Virus record (IMG/VR): IMGVR_UViG_3300048606_000075
Location: 1-64,000 of that record
Source of the DNA: a virus
Lineage: Duplodnaviria; Caudoviricetes
Reading direction: 5' to 3' (one strand)
Length of the DNA stretch: 64,000 bases
Shown here: positions 29,301 to 38,514 of the stretch, piece by piece
Position numbering within the stretch: position 1 is the stretch's first letter
Layout of the letters: every line of letters starts with the position of its first letter
Notes under the pieces: generated by a model
What the model saw: only the letters and a program-made list of their open reading frames with translations
What the model was told of the DNA's origin: nothing
The model's database searches: none
Translations under genes and position numbers: made by a program

Positions 29301-32300
29301 TCTGAGTAGCAGGAACCTTACTAATTGCAGTTTGAACTGCCTGCAACTGTGGCAAGATAGTCGCAGCGTTAGTAACGAATGTAAGTGATGGGAGATCCTT
29401 AGGGATAAGTCCCATCTGCTTAATCAACTGATCAATAACCGGGCCAGGAACGCCAGCATCGGTCGCCATCTGACGGAACGCGTTAGCTGAATTCACCAAC
29501 TCATTGTTAAACGCCATAGTCTGCTGGACAGCATCACCGCCAGCAGCCTTCATCTGACTCGACATAATGTCAGCTGCTTGCTTTGCTGCCTGACCCAACT
29601 GCGTCATATTCGCTAGCAACTGCTGGGTCGGCTGAGCACCAGCGGCAAGCCCCGTCAAAGCCAACTTGACACTGTCTAGCTTAGTCTTAAAGTCTAGCGC
29701 AGCCGCCGCAGCTAGCTTCTGTTGGTCAACAGCCTCCTTCAACTTGCCATTAGAGATACCAAGCTCGTTACCAAGATCGCCCGCATTCTTAGCAGACAGC
29801 AACAGACCATCAACAAGCATCTGCATGCCTGGTCGAGCTTCACCAAACTTATCCAACTCTAAACTAATTGCTGCTAATGCAGCTGGGTTGCCCTGCGCGG
29901 CAGCTGTCAGCTGTTCAAGTGTAATTCCAGCATTCTGAAGCTGGACTCCAGAGTCTTTCCAAGCATTATTGCTAGCAATAGTCGTCGAAATATTTGCATC
30001 AAGCGCTGCTTGAACCCGGGCAAGGGCATCAGCATTACCCAGCGAAGCTTGGGTGTAGTCAGCAGTACTAATACCCAAGTCTGAAACAGCCTGCAAATAT
30101 GTCTTAGAGCCATCAGCAAGCATCTTCGTAGAAAGCTCATTGGCCTTCTGTGTAACCGTTTGCTGAGTAATAGCACCCGTAGCTTGATCTAGAGTCGTAC
30201 GAAGATCCTCAACAGCCTGCTTGTGCTCTTCAGCCTTCTTCTTTGCGTCTTCCTGCGCGGCACCCAGAGCACCCAGCGCGACGACAGCGCCAGCGATGGC
30301 GATGCCCCACGGTCCTCCCAGCGCAGCCGTGATGCCGCCCAGGGCGCCCTTGATGCCCTGCCCGGCTCCGGCGATGACACCAGATACACCCTTGAATGAG
30401 TTAGCGCCGTCCGCTGCTGTCTTGAACGCAGCCTTCATCTGATCTAGAACAGGAACGTTCCCGCCCAGCGTTCGAACAGCATCCGAAACTTGCTTCATTG
30501 CCGTGCCGGCTGAACCGAAGGCACCGCCCAACCCGGAAAGGGTCGTCCCCAGGCCCTTAAATGCTGTGACTGCACCGCTCAGTGGTGCAGTCATGGTGGT
30601 AAACATACTACCAATAGGTGTAATTATAGAAGGAATCTTTGAGATTCCAGCTTGCAGTCCAGAAGAAATACTAGTGCCGAGAGTCTTAATAGTACTACCG
30701 ACAGCACTAACCGCAGTTGAAACCTTAGAAGGAATAGTCGCCATAGCGGCGCCGACACTTGTAGCAGCGCTTTTAATCGTATTAGGCAAGTTAAGTATTT
30801 GCTTACCTAAAGCATCAACACCCTTGCCGGCAGTTTGACCTGCCTTAATAAACCCATCACCCAGCTTATCAATACCAGAACTTGCCTTACCTACACCACT
30901 AAGTATCTTGCCGCCGAGGCCATCAACGCTAGAGGCAGCCTTGCCTATACCACTAATAACCTTATCAGAAAAACTATCGAAACCAGATCCAGCCTTAGAC
31001 AAACCTCCAGTAATGCCAGATCCAAGTTTATCAATACCCTTGAGAATGCCAGAACCAAGCTTGGAACCTACATTGTCAAAACCTTGTCCTAGTTTAGACG
31101 CAACATTGAGAGCCTTAGAGCTGAATGAATCAAACCCGGAACCGGCCTTCGATAGACCGCCGACCATCTTGTCCGCAAGACCATCAGCGAGCTTGCCAAT
31201 ACTCGACAAAGGTGCGGCAGCAAAGTTTGCAACAGCGGTGCCAGTCTTGGTGAGACCGGACTCAACCTTTGCACCCATCCTGTCAAAGGCAGCGGGGACA
31301 GCATCAAGCTTCGTAGTTGTGTTAGCAATAGACGTAACAAGCTTGCCGGCAAATCCATCCGCAGCCTGCTGTGCCGATGCAGTAGCTCTCTGACCAAATG
31401 CAGCAGCAGACGTAGTACCAGCAGCAAAATCTGTCTTGACCTTAGACAGTGTCTTAGATAAAGTCGATACAGACTTAGTAGCCTTGTCCGCATCCGATGC
31501 CTTAAAGAAACTAGAACCAGCGGCACCGACCTGGCGGGCCTTCTCTCCCACCGCCTGACCAGCACGACCCGTACCCGTCGCGGCGGGTGTCTTGGTCTGA
31601 CCCGCCGCACCCTTGGCAACACCACCGAGCAGAGTCTTAGCACCCTTGCCGCCTGCACCCGTCGCCTGATTCAGCGCTCGACCAAGCTTGGTAATTCCGG
31701 TGATGGCACCGACTGCCTTGATGGCCTTCATGGCACCCGCGAACGCGAGCATCAGCGCGATGAACTCACCGACACCCGGGATGCTGACCAAGAACTCCAG
31801 AGCGGAAGCAAACGCACCTAGGACAGTCACGAACGCAGACAGGAAGCTGCCATCCCCGACGTTGATCAGCCGGGTCAAGATATCCAAGAACTGGCCCGCC
31901 ATGGTGATGATCTGTGGGCCGACCGCCTTGGTGGCATCTGACAACGCCTTGGAGAATTTCTCTACAGCAGGGACTAACTTCGTCTCGATGGTCGTGAGCA
32001 TATCGGTCAGCTGAGGAGATGCGCCAGCCTTAATGATAGCAAGTGAAAGCTTGCCAAAAAGCCTGAGAATAGCCTCAACATTAGGCTGTAGCTTGGCAAA
32101 GTAGTCAGCGAGAGCGTTCTTACCCTCAGTGGACTTCATCCACTCTTCTGTCTTCTCTGCTAATGCAGTGAACTTATCGAGAAGACTCTGACCCATAGGT
32201 GTAGCAGCACTGAATACCGAACCGAGAATTCCTCCTATGGCAGCAAGTGCATGTCCAAAGGTAGTGAGCGTAGCTTGAGTCTTGGTAAAGAACGCCTGCA

Positions 32301-33954
32301 TCCGAGCAGCGCCGGCTTCACCAGACGTGATGCTGACCAAAAACTCAGAGAACCGAAGTCCAATATCAGCAAGCCACTGGGTAAACGGAGCAGCAGCCGT
32401 TGCTACGTTGACAAACGCAACACCAAGATTAATAAGAGCTTGACCAAATGTCGATACAAGCTTAGGTCCAGTATTAGTAAAGAGCGAAGTTAACTGTGGT
32501 CCTAGACCACTAATTGCTTTTGCAGCCTGTGTAGCAAGACCGCCTAACGCCGCACCGAACGCTGTCACAGCGGGGATGGCCACCGACTTGATCATCGGCG
32601 CAAGAATATTTACCGCTTGTGTTAACCCAGGGAACAACGCTCCCTGGGCAGCTGTCCGCAGCTGGGTAATTGCTGGCTTGAGTGCGATCAAAGATCGCAT
32701 GAAGTTCTGGGCAGGAGCTGGCAGCTTTGCTATTTCCTTGTTGAAAGCTGCCATTTCCTTGGGGCCGCCGGTCATGGCTTTACCCAAGGAACTGAAAGCC
32801 TTGTCCATGCCCATGGTGGCGATCTTGACGGTGGCTAACGCACCACCCATGGACAGCAACGCGGTGGGGATAGCCCCCAGCACACCCACCAGCGGGCCCG
32901 CCGCCCCCACGATGCCCACCAGGCCGCCCGCAAGGGAGACCAGGCTGCCTACCACCAACGTGATAGCCGGAGCCAGCCCAGCAGGGATCAGCCCCATCAG
33001 GAGCGTCTTCAAGCCACGTCCAGCGGTCATCGCGCGGCCCGACCCGGACGAGAAGATGTTCAGCCCGGAGACGAAGCTGGAGAACGCGTTGCCGCCCCTG
33101 CCGGACTCAGCATTAGTGTCCGCAATCGACTGGCGCAGGTTGCGCATCGCGGCGGACGAACCATCCGCTTGCGGCTTGAGCTGTGCCAACGCACGCGCGA
33201 GAGCATCCTGTCCGGCGGCGGCCTCCTGAGCGGACTGACTCGACGATGCGATGGTTGTATTATGCTTGTCAATAGATGTGCGAGCCGACTCCACAGCGGG
33301 GGCCAGGCGCTGCATCGCGCGAGTGAGCGCGTCATGCTCGGCGACCTCAGACTTGGACGCCTTCGACGACTGCTCGATGGCCTTGGCTAGGTCACGCTTA
33401 TCCTTGGACGCGGCACGAGCCGACGCGGACTCCTTGTCCAGCGCGGTCGAGTGTGAACGTGCCCCGGACGCGGCGGCCTTCTCCGCAGTCGCTGTCTTAG
33501 AAATGCTGTCGGAGAGTCTATTCAGGACCGTCGACTTACTCGACGCGGTCTTACGTTCATTGTCTAAAGCTTTAGCGTGATTCGCGGCGGCAGTAGTAGC
33601 CGCCTTCTCCGCCTTGACCAGGTTTGCCAGACTCTTAGAAGTCTGATCAACTTCAGCTCGAACCTTCTTGTGCGCTGTCGAAGATTGATTACCGTACTTA
33701 TCCGCAGCAGTGCCGGCATCCTTTAATGCCTTGTTCAGGTTTGTCTGAGCAGCAGCCAAGTCTTTAGATGACTTGGCAGACGCAGCTTGGCTCTTTGATA
33801 ACCTGTCAAAAGACTTATCGAGGTTCTCAGAATTCTTGTTGACCGCAGCAAGATCGGACTTAAGGCCCGCGATCTCTCGACGGGTACCTTTGATCGCCCG
33901 GTTGAGCGAGGCAAAATCGGCGACCGCTCTGAAAATAGCGGTTGAGCTAGCCAC
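26317..33954 (-). CDS. tape measure protein (2545 aa) with Pro/Thr repeats and LysM domain
   Basis: Length, Ala/Gly/Lys-rich helical repeats, position after chaperones; FAxGG..DTxPAxLxPGE motifs; YRVRPGDTMASIAKK..IIAVN..LKAGQEINVP. Confidence 0.93.
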   Translation of the reverse strand: MASSTAIFRAVADFASLNRAIKGTRREIAGLKSDLAAVNKNSENLDKSFDRLSKSQAASAKSSKDLAAAQTNLNKALKDAGTAADKYGNQSSTAHKKVRAEVDQTSKSLANLVKAEKAATTAAANHAKALDNERKTASSKSTVLNRLSDSISKTATAEKAAASGARSHSTALDKESASARAASKDKRDLAKAIEQSSKASKSEVAEHDALTRAMQRLAPAVESARTSIDKHNTTIASSSQSAQEAAAGQDALARALAQLKPQADGSSAAMRNLRQSIADTNAESGRGGNAFSSFVSGLNIFSSGSGRAMTAGRGLKTLLMGLIPAGLAPAITLVVGSLVSLAGGLVGIVGAAGPLVGVLGAIPTALLSMGGALATVKIATMGMDKAFSSLGKAMTGGPKEMAAFNKEIAKLPAPAQNFMRSLIALKPAITQLRTAAQGALFPGLTQAVNILAPMIKSVAIPAVTAFGAALGGLATQAAKAISGLGPQLTSLFTNTGPKLVSTFGQALINLGVAFVNVATAAAPFTQWLADIGLRFSEFLVSITSGEAGAARMQAFFTKTQATLTTFGHALAAIGGILGSVFSAATPMGQSLLDKFTALAEKTEEWMKSTEGKNALADYFAKLQPNVEAILRLFGKLSLAIIKAGASPQLTDMLTTIETKLVPAVEKFSKALSDATKAVGPQIITMAGQFLDILTRLINVGDGSFLSAFVTVLGAFASALEFLVSIPGVGEFIALMLAFAGAMKAIKAVGAITGITKLGRALNQATGAGGKGAKTLLGGVAKGAAGQTKTPAATGTGRAGQAVGEKARQVGAAGSSFFKASDADKATKSVSTLSKTLSKVKTDFAAGTTSAAAFGQRATASAQQAADGFAGKLVTSIANTTTKLDAVPAAFDRMGAKVESGLTKTGTAVANFAAAPLSSIGKLADGLADKMVGGLSKAGSGFDSFSSKALNVASKLGQGFDNVGSKLGSGILKGIDKLGSGITGGLSKAGSGFDSFSDKVISGIGKAASSVDGLGGKILSGVGKASSGIDKLGDGFIKAGQTAGKGVDALGKQILNLPNTIKSAATSVGAAMATIPSKVSTAVSAVGSTIKTLGTSISSGLQAGISKIPSIITPIGSMFTTMTAPLSGAVTAFKGLGTTLSGLGGAFGSAGTAMKQVSDAVRTLGGNVPVLDQMKAAFKTAADGANSFKGVSGVIAGAGQGIKGALGGITAALGGPWGIAIAGAVVALGALGAAQEDAKKKAEEHKQAVEDLRTTLDQATGAITQQTVTQKANELSTKMLADGSKTYLQAVSDLGISTADYTQASLGNADALARVQAALDANISTTIASNNAWKDSGVQLQNAGITLEQLTAAAQGNPAALAAISLELDKFGEARPGMQMLVDGLLLSAKNAGDLGNELGISNGKLKEAVDQQKLAAAAALDFKTKLDSVKLALTGLAAGAQPTQQLLANMTQLGQAAKQAADIMSSQMKAAGGDAVQQTMAFNNELVNSANAFRQMATDAGVPGPVIDQLIKQMGLIPKDLPSLTFVTNAATILPQLQAVQTAISKVPATQKSINIKLSDPTVISQLQAIGLQVTTMPDGTVTINLEDKAALAAFNNMMSLITGKAAIVKLDANTAGADGKINATIQLANGKTAELKIDANPELVNGKIQAAVDLGNGKIVNMAIDANTQLVDGKIQAVITGADGKTTTIQLDGDDKQLQGLLDKYKTTKTEVPVDVKPNPLPAPETPGTPTPTNVTPNPLPTPETPATPTPTNVAPNPLPAPETPATPTPTNVAPNPLPTPETPAKPTPVETKPDAMPAPAYTGAPIVIPVVPGPLAAPAAPPAVNAPVNFTVGTDNVTPAKNTIIAPSTSTHTINVTNNALAAITANKLATTSTHTITAVIAPAGVLDLVKTATTSTHTINVVDNATPIITKIKEPTESTHTINVVDNATPVIEQLKQPTSSTHTINVVVTGATVPAAGGGVFAGGGLPDDKDVAHFAPGGVLKGHSPGRDTIPAVLSPGEGVLVPELVQRIGASNIIRANKMASNRSGSTSASNRASAAGQGPRVDGPPVAGLGRLMDAAAGGKRKPAEAAAGGLVLGFKGGGVGKFSRKNVRKYRVRPGDTMASIAKKNKTSTANIIAVNPNEQVDEAGLKAGQEINVPKKKAASAAAVATAKPKSINDIRYKPGTQTAAGVPTADDISKGTYYGSLDWMNDDGTQVTSLVAPDDPFEPQTYADLYQWLSETDRTNDEQEEFESNVLTIAGWGLDDLAQALADMGVGDIHESTSITIPGQKASTGTEDATAQDEPDINYTLRDVGEQKKSGLLLSRDAVGNRALAERMEQELERSKDSLHEDLGTVLKIISALQKTAGLGIREVSTATELATTDIFKVMQKPKARAQIELMPIANKSKFLSNLDAYAKGEAFARGGFVPGSGRGDTVPARLTPGEYVIRKDAAAKIGPQTLDSLNHADSVGFAAGGPVPDISTLFSSLGKSSQIRLGANTSLNKTMSEALKAGTSTSTTTSQAKSVVFEEGSVQITNPVPSRSTDSFENVMTKLSWAGTFS
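28095..28420 (-). repeat. ~22-aa repeat containing (S/T)STHTI(N/T)V, 5 copies, in TMP
   Basis: STSTHTINV, TTSTHTITA, TTSTHTINV, TESTHTINV, TSSTHTINV in the translation. Confidence 0.85.
28589..28800 (-). repeat. 57-bp (19-aa) tandem repeat PNPLP(A/T)PETP(A/G)TPTPTNV(A/T), about 4 copies
   Basis: agtggattagg recurs at 28619, 28676, 28733 and 28790 (period 57). Confidence 0.95.
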
Positions 33955-33977
33955 CGATATTCACCCCCATCTCCGCG

Positions 33978-34400
33978 CTACTTGGGTTGAGCGCCTCGGC
34001 GACCAAACAACATCGCTAACTTCTCAGCGGAGCCGGCTCGTGGCTCCGGAGCGGAACCTCCAGTAGTGAGAGATTTCTTATCCGACTTATCACCAAAGAT
34101 AGAAATCTTCTGAACTGCATCATTCATGGCCTTCATAGCTTCAGTACTCTGAGCTGTCAAAGCCAAGAAAGTAGCGATAGTCTTAGTCTGCCATTCCACC
34201 GTTTCAAGATGTCGGACAATAGTGTAGGAACTACGTTCCTTAATTAACTCCACCATTTGTCGTATCCGACAAATAGGAATATCCAGAATTAATTCGTCTG
34301 ACCATCCGTACTCGGAGGAGATGATGTCGAAGACTCTTGCGAAAGAACCGGCGATTGAATCGTCTGCACGGTGGATCCGGTCGGTGCGTTCGCCTTTTCC
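33978..34400 (-). CDS. tail assembly chaperone, frameshifted C-terminal extension (lambda gpGT-like)
   Basis: The -1 frame is open across GGAAAAG (34394..34400) and reads ...FARVFDIISSEYGWSDELILDIPICRIRQMVELIKER into ORF 33978..34256. Confidence 0.75.
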   Translation of the reverse strand, partial: GKGERTDRIHRADDSIAGSFARVFDIISSEYGWSDELILDIPICRIRQMVELIKERSSYTIVRHLETVEWQTKTIATFLALTAQSTEAMKAMNDAVQKISIFGDKSDKKSLTTGGSAPEPRAGSAEKLAMLFGRRGAQPK

Positions 34401-34915
34401 TCCAGATCCTTCAGCTGACCCGTCTTGGTCATCATCGAGATCGCCGTCCCTACTCGTTTTCCCAGGGCAGCCAGGTCGGACTTCTCCCTATCCACAACGG
34501 CCTCGATGATGGCGATGGCGTCCTCTGGCTCCGGATTGGCTAGCTCCTTGTCCAGAGCGTCATACGCCTGTTCCCGAGCAGCCTTCGTAGCCTTGTCCGA
34601 GCCAACAGGCATACCGCTGGGCTCGATCACCGAGCGCAGGAAATCGATAGCCTCGTTCTCCGCCTCCGGCAACGCGATGATGGCGATCGCCATCAACTGG
34701 ATGCCCACCGCTTCCGACCGCTCTTCATCGTCGGCGGCCATGAAAGCTTCGCGGAGCATGGGCATGTACTGCGCACCGCCACGGGTGATGATGCGCAGCA
34801 GACGGAACAACTGACGAAGCTTCAACCGCTGGATGTCGACCTTCATACCCGACACCAAAGTGATGGAGGTCGGAACTGGGTCAAGACGGTCGATCTCAGA
34901 TGTTGGAGAAGACAT
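34289..34915 (-). CDS. tail assembly chaperone (lambda gpG-like)
   Basis: Lies between major tail protein and TMP; AAGGAG SD. Confidence 0.8.
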   Translation of the reverse strand: MSSPTSEIDRLDPVPTSITLVSGMKVDIQRLKLRQLFRLLRIITRGGAQYMPMLREAFMAADDEERSEAVGIQLMAIAIIALPEAENEAIDFLRSVIEPSGMPVGSDKATKAAREQAYDALDKELANPEPEDAIAIIEAVVDREKSDLAALGKRVGTAISMMTKTGQLKDLEEKANAPTGSTVQTIQSPVLSQESSTSSPPSTDGQTN

Positions 34916-34965
34916 TAGCGCTCCTTGGCGTCCAGATATTTACAATGAATTGAGAAATCAGCCGA

Positions 34966-35511
34966 CTACGATACTGGCCTGTTCAACAGCCGGCCGATAG
35001 CACGCGGGTCGAGGGTGTCACCGGTCTCATCCACGGATGAAATAACCGCACGACCAGAATAGTTCAGAACCAGACCGTCCTTGTACGTAGGACCATCGAA
35101 CGAGATCGGCATGAACTGCACGCGGAACAGCACGATGTCCATCGTTCGAATGGCGCCCAGGGAGTCCTTCGAAGGCACCCGGATCAGCACCGGACGGGGC
35201 GGCTGGTTCAGCGACGGCTCCGTCCAGAGGTCCATCGTCCAGTTGTCGCCGGTGGAGGTGACCGGAGCACCGGTCAGCAGGCTGATGACGTTGAACGGCA
35301 CGTACCCCGAAGAGATCGTGACCTCCGCGTAGTTGAACCAGAACCAGTTCGACAGCACGGCGTCATCACCGGTGTTGTCGTAAGAGTCCGAGTCCACCGA
35401 TACCGAGCCTTCACGCACACCGTAGATGTCCGCTGCTTCTGCTCCAGATGAACCATCAAGAATTGCTGCATGCGAGACCGAGAAGGCCTCGAAGATCCCA
35501 GTACTTGGCAT
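34966..35511 (-). CDS. major tail protein
   Basis: Beta-rich ~181 aa upstream of chaperones; start moved to ATG 35511 (AGGGGA SD). Confidence 0.75.
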   Translation of the reverse strand: MPSTGIFEAFSVSHAAILDGSSGAEAADIYGVREGSVSVDSDSYDNTGDDAVLSNWFWFNYAEVTISSGYVPFNVISLLTGAPVTSTGDNWTMDLWTEPSLNQPPRPVLIRVPSKDSLGAIRTMDIVLFRVQFMPISFDGPTYKDGLVLNYSGRAVISSVDETGDTLDPRAIGRLLNRPVS

Positions 35512-35629
35512 TTGTTTGCATCCCCTTCCGTATATCACGCACAGGTGGGGTTACTGGCATGCAGTGCTCGGAACGCCCTTCACGGAAGGTATTCGACCCG
35601 GCGCGCCTCAAAGACTGTGTGGAGATGCA

Positions 35630-36091
35630 TCAAAGACACCGGCGACATTCAGCACACAGACCGCTGGGCAACAAGGCTCCTTCTAGAGTCAAAATATGGT
35701 TCTGCTCGCAGATAATATCTTGCAAGCCTAACTTGGAACAGATTTCTGCTCTATGAATAAAGAACCGTGAGTTGTATAGAGAGCGCTTTAAACGTCTACG
35801 GTTTCCTATATCAGCAGGAGATACAACTTCAAGATGATCTGTACTCACACATCTACGGATTTCACAGACACCTATTTTACGGTCAAGAATCTCTTCAGGT
35901 CCGAGTGGTCGTACTGAGTACTCAAAAATCCAAAGATGAGCTGCTACAGTCTTGTACTTTCCATCTACTTTAATAGAAAAACGGCCATATCCCTGACGGG
36001 TTATATGGCCGATCCAATACGAATGTCCATCTCTAACTTCAACTCTACGCATGAACTTATCTACTAAAGGCTCATTGCGTGGTCCATACAC
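35630..36091 (-). CDS. HNH endonuclease-like protein, possibly degenerate
   Basis: YWIGHITRQGYGRFSI..VAAHLWIFE..ILDR..C..RRCVSTDHL (HNH_3-like; expected DH and N altered); AT-rich. Confidence 0.7.
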   Translation of the reverse strand: MYGPRNEPLVDKFMRRVEVRDGHSYWIGHITRQGYGRFSIKVDGKYKTVAAHLWIFEYSVRPLGPEEILDRKIGVCEIRRCVSTDHLEVVSPADIGNRRRLKRSLYNSRFFIHRAEICSKLGLQDIICEQNHILTLEGALLPSGLCAECRRCL

Positions 36092-36093
36092 AA

Positions 36094-36423
36094 CTAACCC
36101 TCACGGTCAACTACAATAGTCTCGATCAAATCGCCTACAATATTGAATCTGTGCAACACCAGCTGTACATCGCGGCCTTCAGTTTTAAATCGTCTCCTGC
36201 AATCTTGGCACGCGAGCTCAATTAAGTTGTCTGTAGTGACAGATGGCTGGATGCCAGCTAGGCGCAACTTGGCGAACAGCTTCCGGGGCCCGGTGGGGCA
36301 GCGCAGCTCGACCTCTTGAAGTGACTGCTCTTGAACCGGCACGCCTACGGCTTCGACGTCACTTCGAGATAGCAAATAGCTACCTGTAGAGAAACGAGCT
36401 ACCACTTGCTCCTCCTCTGTCAC
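36094..36423 (-). CDS. hypothetical protein (ELRCP..IELACxxC)
   Basis: Frame of ORF 36094..36591; GTG 36423 overlaps glycosyltransferase TGA (GTGA). Confidence 0.65.
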   Translation of the reverse strand: MTEEEQVVARFSTGSYLLSRSDVEAVGVPVQEQSLQEVELRCPTGPRKLFAKLRLAGIQPSVTTDNLIELACQDCRRRFKTEGRDVQLVLHRFNIVGDLIETIVVDREG

Positions 36424-37619
36424 GTAGGTGTTCCGTGTAGAGATCCTCGCTTCAGCAATGCGTCCACCGACAACGTCCCCATGTCGTCCTCTTGACGACG
36501 ACACGCCCGCATCAACGCGGACACCTCCGCACCGCGCCCGCCAGCCAGGCTCTCCAGCCGAAGCTGCAGCCGCTCCAACACCCGATCCCACGACACCATG
36601 CCCGGCAGCGAGCGAGCGGCTACGCCGGCTCTACGCGCCGTCTCAGCGCGATTGGTGTACAGCTCCAGCATTGTCTCCGCGAGGTGGTCTTCCGATACCA
36701 CCGCGCCGCGCGCACCGGAGGAGATCTCTTTCAGCTCGTACTTCAGCGGCCAGGAGAACTCCGGGCTCATCCACTGCGCATGTCCCCCGACGTTCGTAGC
36801 GGCCACCGCCCCGCCCGAGGTGGCGAACTCGATGGCCGGTCGGTTCTTGCCCTCTCCCCAGGACGGAGCGAGCAGCACATGGGAGCTGCGGTACAGCTGG
36901 TAGATCTTCTCGATCGGCCACACCTCGCCGAAGATGCGCAACCCGGGGCACCACTGCTCCATCGCTGGATGCAGTCCTGGATAGGTTGTCTTCAGAACAA
37001 GCTCAGCGTCCTGCAGCTCGCCCGCATCGCGGAGTGACTTGAATGCGTTGATGGCCGCGAACGGATTCTTCCGATGTGAGAGCGCGCCCACCATGACGAA
37101 CCGGAACGGGGAGGCATTCCAGTCACGCTGCATCGGAGCCAGCGGGTCTACCCCGCCCTGCAAGATGTCTACGCGTTTGTGGTAAGGATCAAGTGCCTGT
37201 TTCGACACTTCGTCATACGCGAGTACCGCATCAAACCGCGACAGCGCCTTCTCCAGATGCTCTGTCACACGGAAAGAATGCTCGCAGTTCTTAGCATTGA
37301 GTGTGTCAACGTTGTCTAGAGAATCCCATTCCCACATCGACCAGGCCAGTGCCACCGTGGCCACCGAGTACAGCCCAGCGGACTCCGGAGAAGCCGCGAG
37401 TTCCTGCGGGCACCGATGCGAGATCAACAGATCCACGTGCTCCGGGATCTCTTTGGTCAGCAACGCCGCTACCAGCGGGGGGAGCGGTGGATGAACGCTG
37501 GATGGATGCAGGTACAGATCCACACCCCAGCGCGCCAAAGCTCGTGCCAACTCAACAATATCATTACCATAACCGGTTATTACATTCGCCGGCCCTGATA
37601 AGAGCACTTTCATTGTCAT
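36420..37619 (-). CDS. GT-B fold glycosyltransferase (GT4-like)
   Basis: MKVLLSGP..TGYG, FRFVMVGALSHRKNP, YRSSHVLLAPSWGEGKNRPAIEFATSGGAVAATNVGGHAQW; start moved to ATG 37619 (ATGA overlap). Confidence 0.88.
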   Translation of the reverse strand: MTMKVLLSGPANVITGYGNDIVELARALARWGVDLYLHPSSVHPPLPPLVAALLTKEIPEHVDLLISHRCPQELAASPESAGLYSVATVALAWSMWEWDSLDNVDTLNAKNCEHSFRVTEHLEKALSRFDAVLAYDEVSKQALDPYHKRVDILQGGVDPLAPMQRDWNASPFRFVMVGALSHRKNPFAAINAFKSLRDAGELQDAELVLKTTYPGLHPAMEQWCPGLRIFGEVWPIEKIYQLYRSSHVLLAPSWGEGKNRPAIEFATSGGAVAATNVGGHAQWMSPEFSWPLKYELKEISSGARGAVVSEDHLAETMLELYTNRAETARRAGVAARSLPGMVSWDRVLERLQLRLESLAGGRGAEVSALMRACRRQEDDMGTLSVDALLKRGSLHGTPT

Positions 37620-38137
37620 CCTATCGAAAGGCCATAGCGAGCAGAAAGATGAACTCCGCCCTCCCAGTCTCCAACTGGATAAATATCTGGCAAGGCTTGT
37701 AACTGAGAACCCCACACTCGCATGCCCGGGTCGGAAGACGTCGACCCCCAGATCTCTGAGAACGCATCTGTCCGATGCAGGACAGCCTGGAAGTACTCCC
37801 AGACGGCACGGGCTCGGGGCTCCGCATCCTTCTTGATTATCGTCTGACTAGAATTCCTAGTACAGTCAGCATAGATGTCGACATAGAGACGGGGAAATCT
37901 AGCGGTGTTGTGGGAATTAGGCCGAGTCCACGAACCCTCCTCCCGCAGCACCGCCGCTGCCGCACCTGAGCCTTCCACCACGGTCTGAAGCTCGCGCACA
38001 AACAACCACACCCCAGCAGGCGTGAACCCGACAGGCGAGCCCAACGCCGCCGCGATGCCGCTCACGGCGGAGAGTCTGCGGTGAGCGGCGGTCGCCAAAT
38101 CTGTCGCCGCTAACAACTGTAGAAATGGACCGCTCAT
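37616..38137 (-). CDS. putative tail terminator/completion protein
   Basis: Position after neck genes; FPRLYVDIYAD motif. Confidence 0.55.
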   Translation of the reverse strand: MSGPFLQLLAATDLATAAHRRLSAVSGIAAALGSPVGFTPAGVWLFVRELQTVVEGSGAAAAVLREEGSWTRPNSHNTARFPRLYVDIYADCTRNSSQTIIKKDAEPRARAVWEYFQAVLHRTDAFSEIWGSTSSDPGMRVWGSQLQALPDIYPVGDWEGGVHLSARYGLSIG

Positions 38138-38163
38138 CGCATCCTCTGACAGGAATTTCTGGA

Positions 38164-38514
38164 TTAACCCTTCACAGAAGCGAACATCGCTTCTTCAAAC
38201 TGAGAATCCAACACCTCCATAGGTGCTAAGAAATCGTGGTCGCCACCACGTCGCTGCTCGTATCCGGCATATCCACTACCGTGGTGCACCGCGTCATACG
38301 TGACTTCGCCGTGCCACTCATCACCATGCACCGAAGACCTAGACGACCCGGAGGCTTTCAACCGTCCGGAGATCACGTGGGTGACCGCCTGGGTCTGGGC
38401 AAAGCCCTCCGCGAGCACGGCGTTCAACGCCTCGCGTACCAGCGGGTGCACCTGCTCGTGTCTGTTGAGCGTCAGCGTCCACTGATGATCATCCAACCAG
38501 ATACGGAACATCAC
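38164..38514 (-). CDS. neck/tail completion protein (HK97 gp10-like)
   Basis: TQAVTHVISGRLKASG..YAGYEQRRG..HDFLAPM; GTG 38514 overlaps upstream TGA. Confidence 0.65.
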   Translation of the reverse strand: MMFRIWLDDHQWTLTLNRHEQVHPLVREALNAVLAEGFAQTQAVTHVISGRLKASGSSRSSVHGDEWHGEVTYDAVHHGSGYAGYEQRRGGDHDFLAPMEVLDSQFEEAMFASVKG

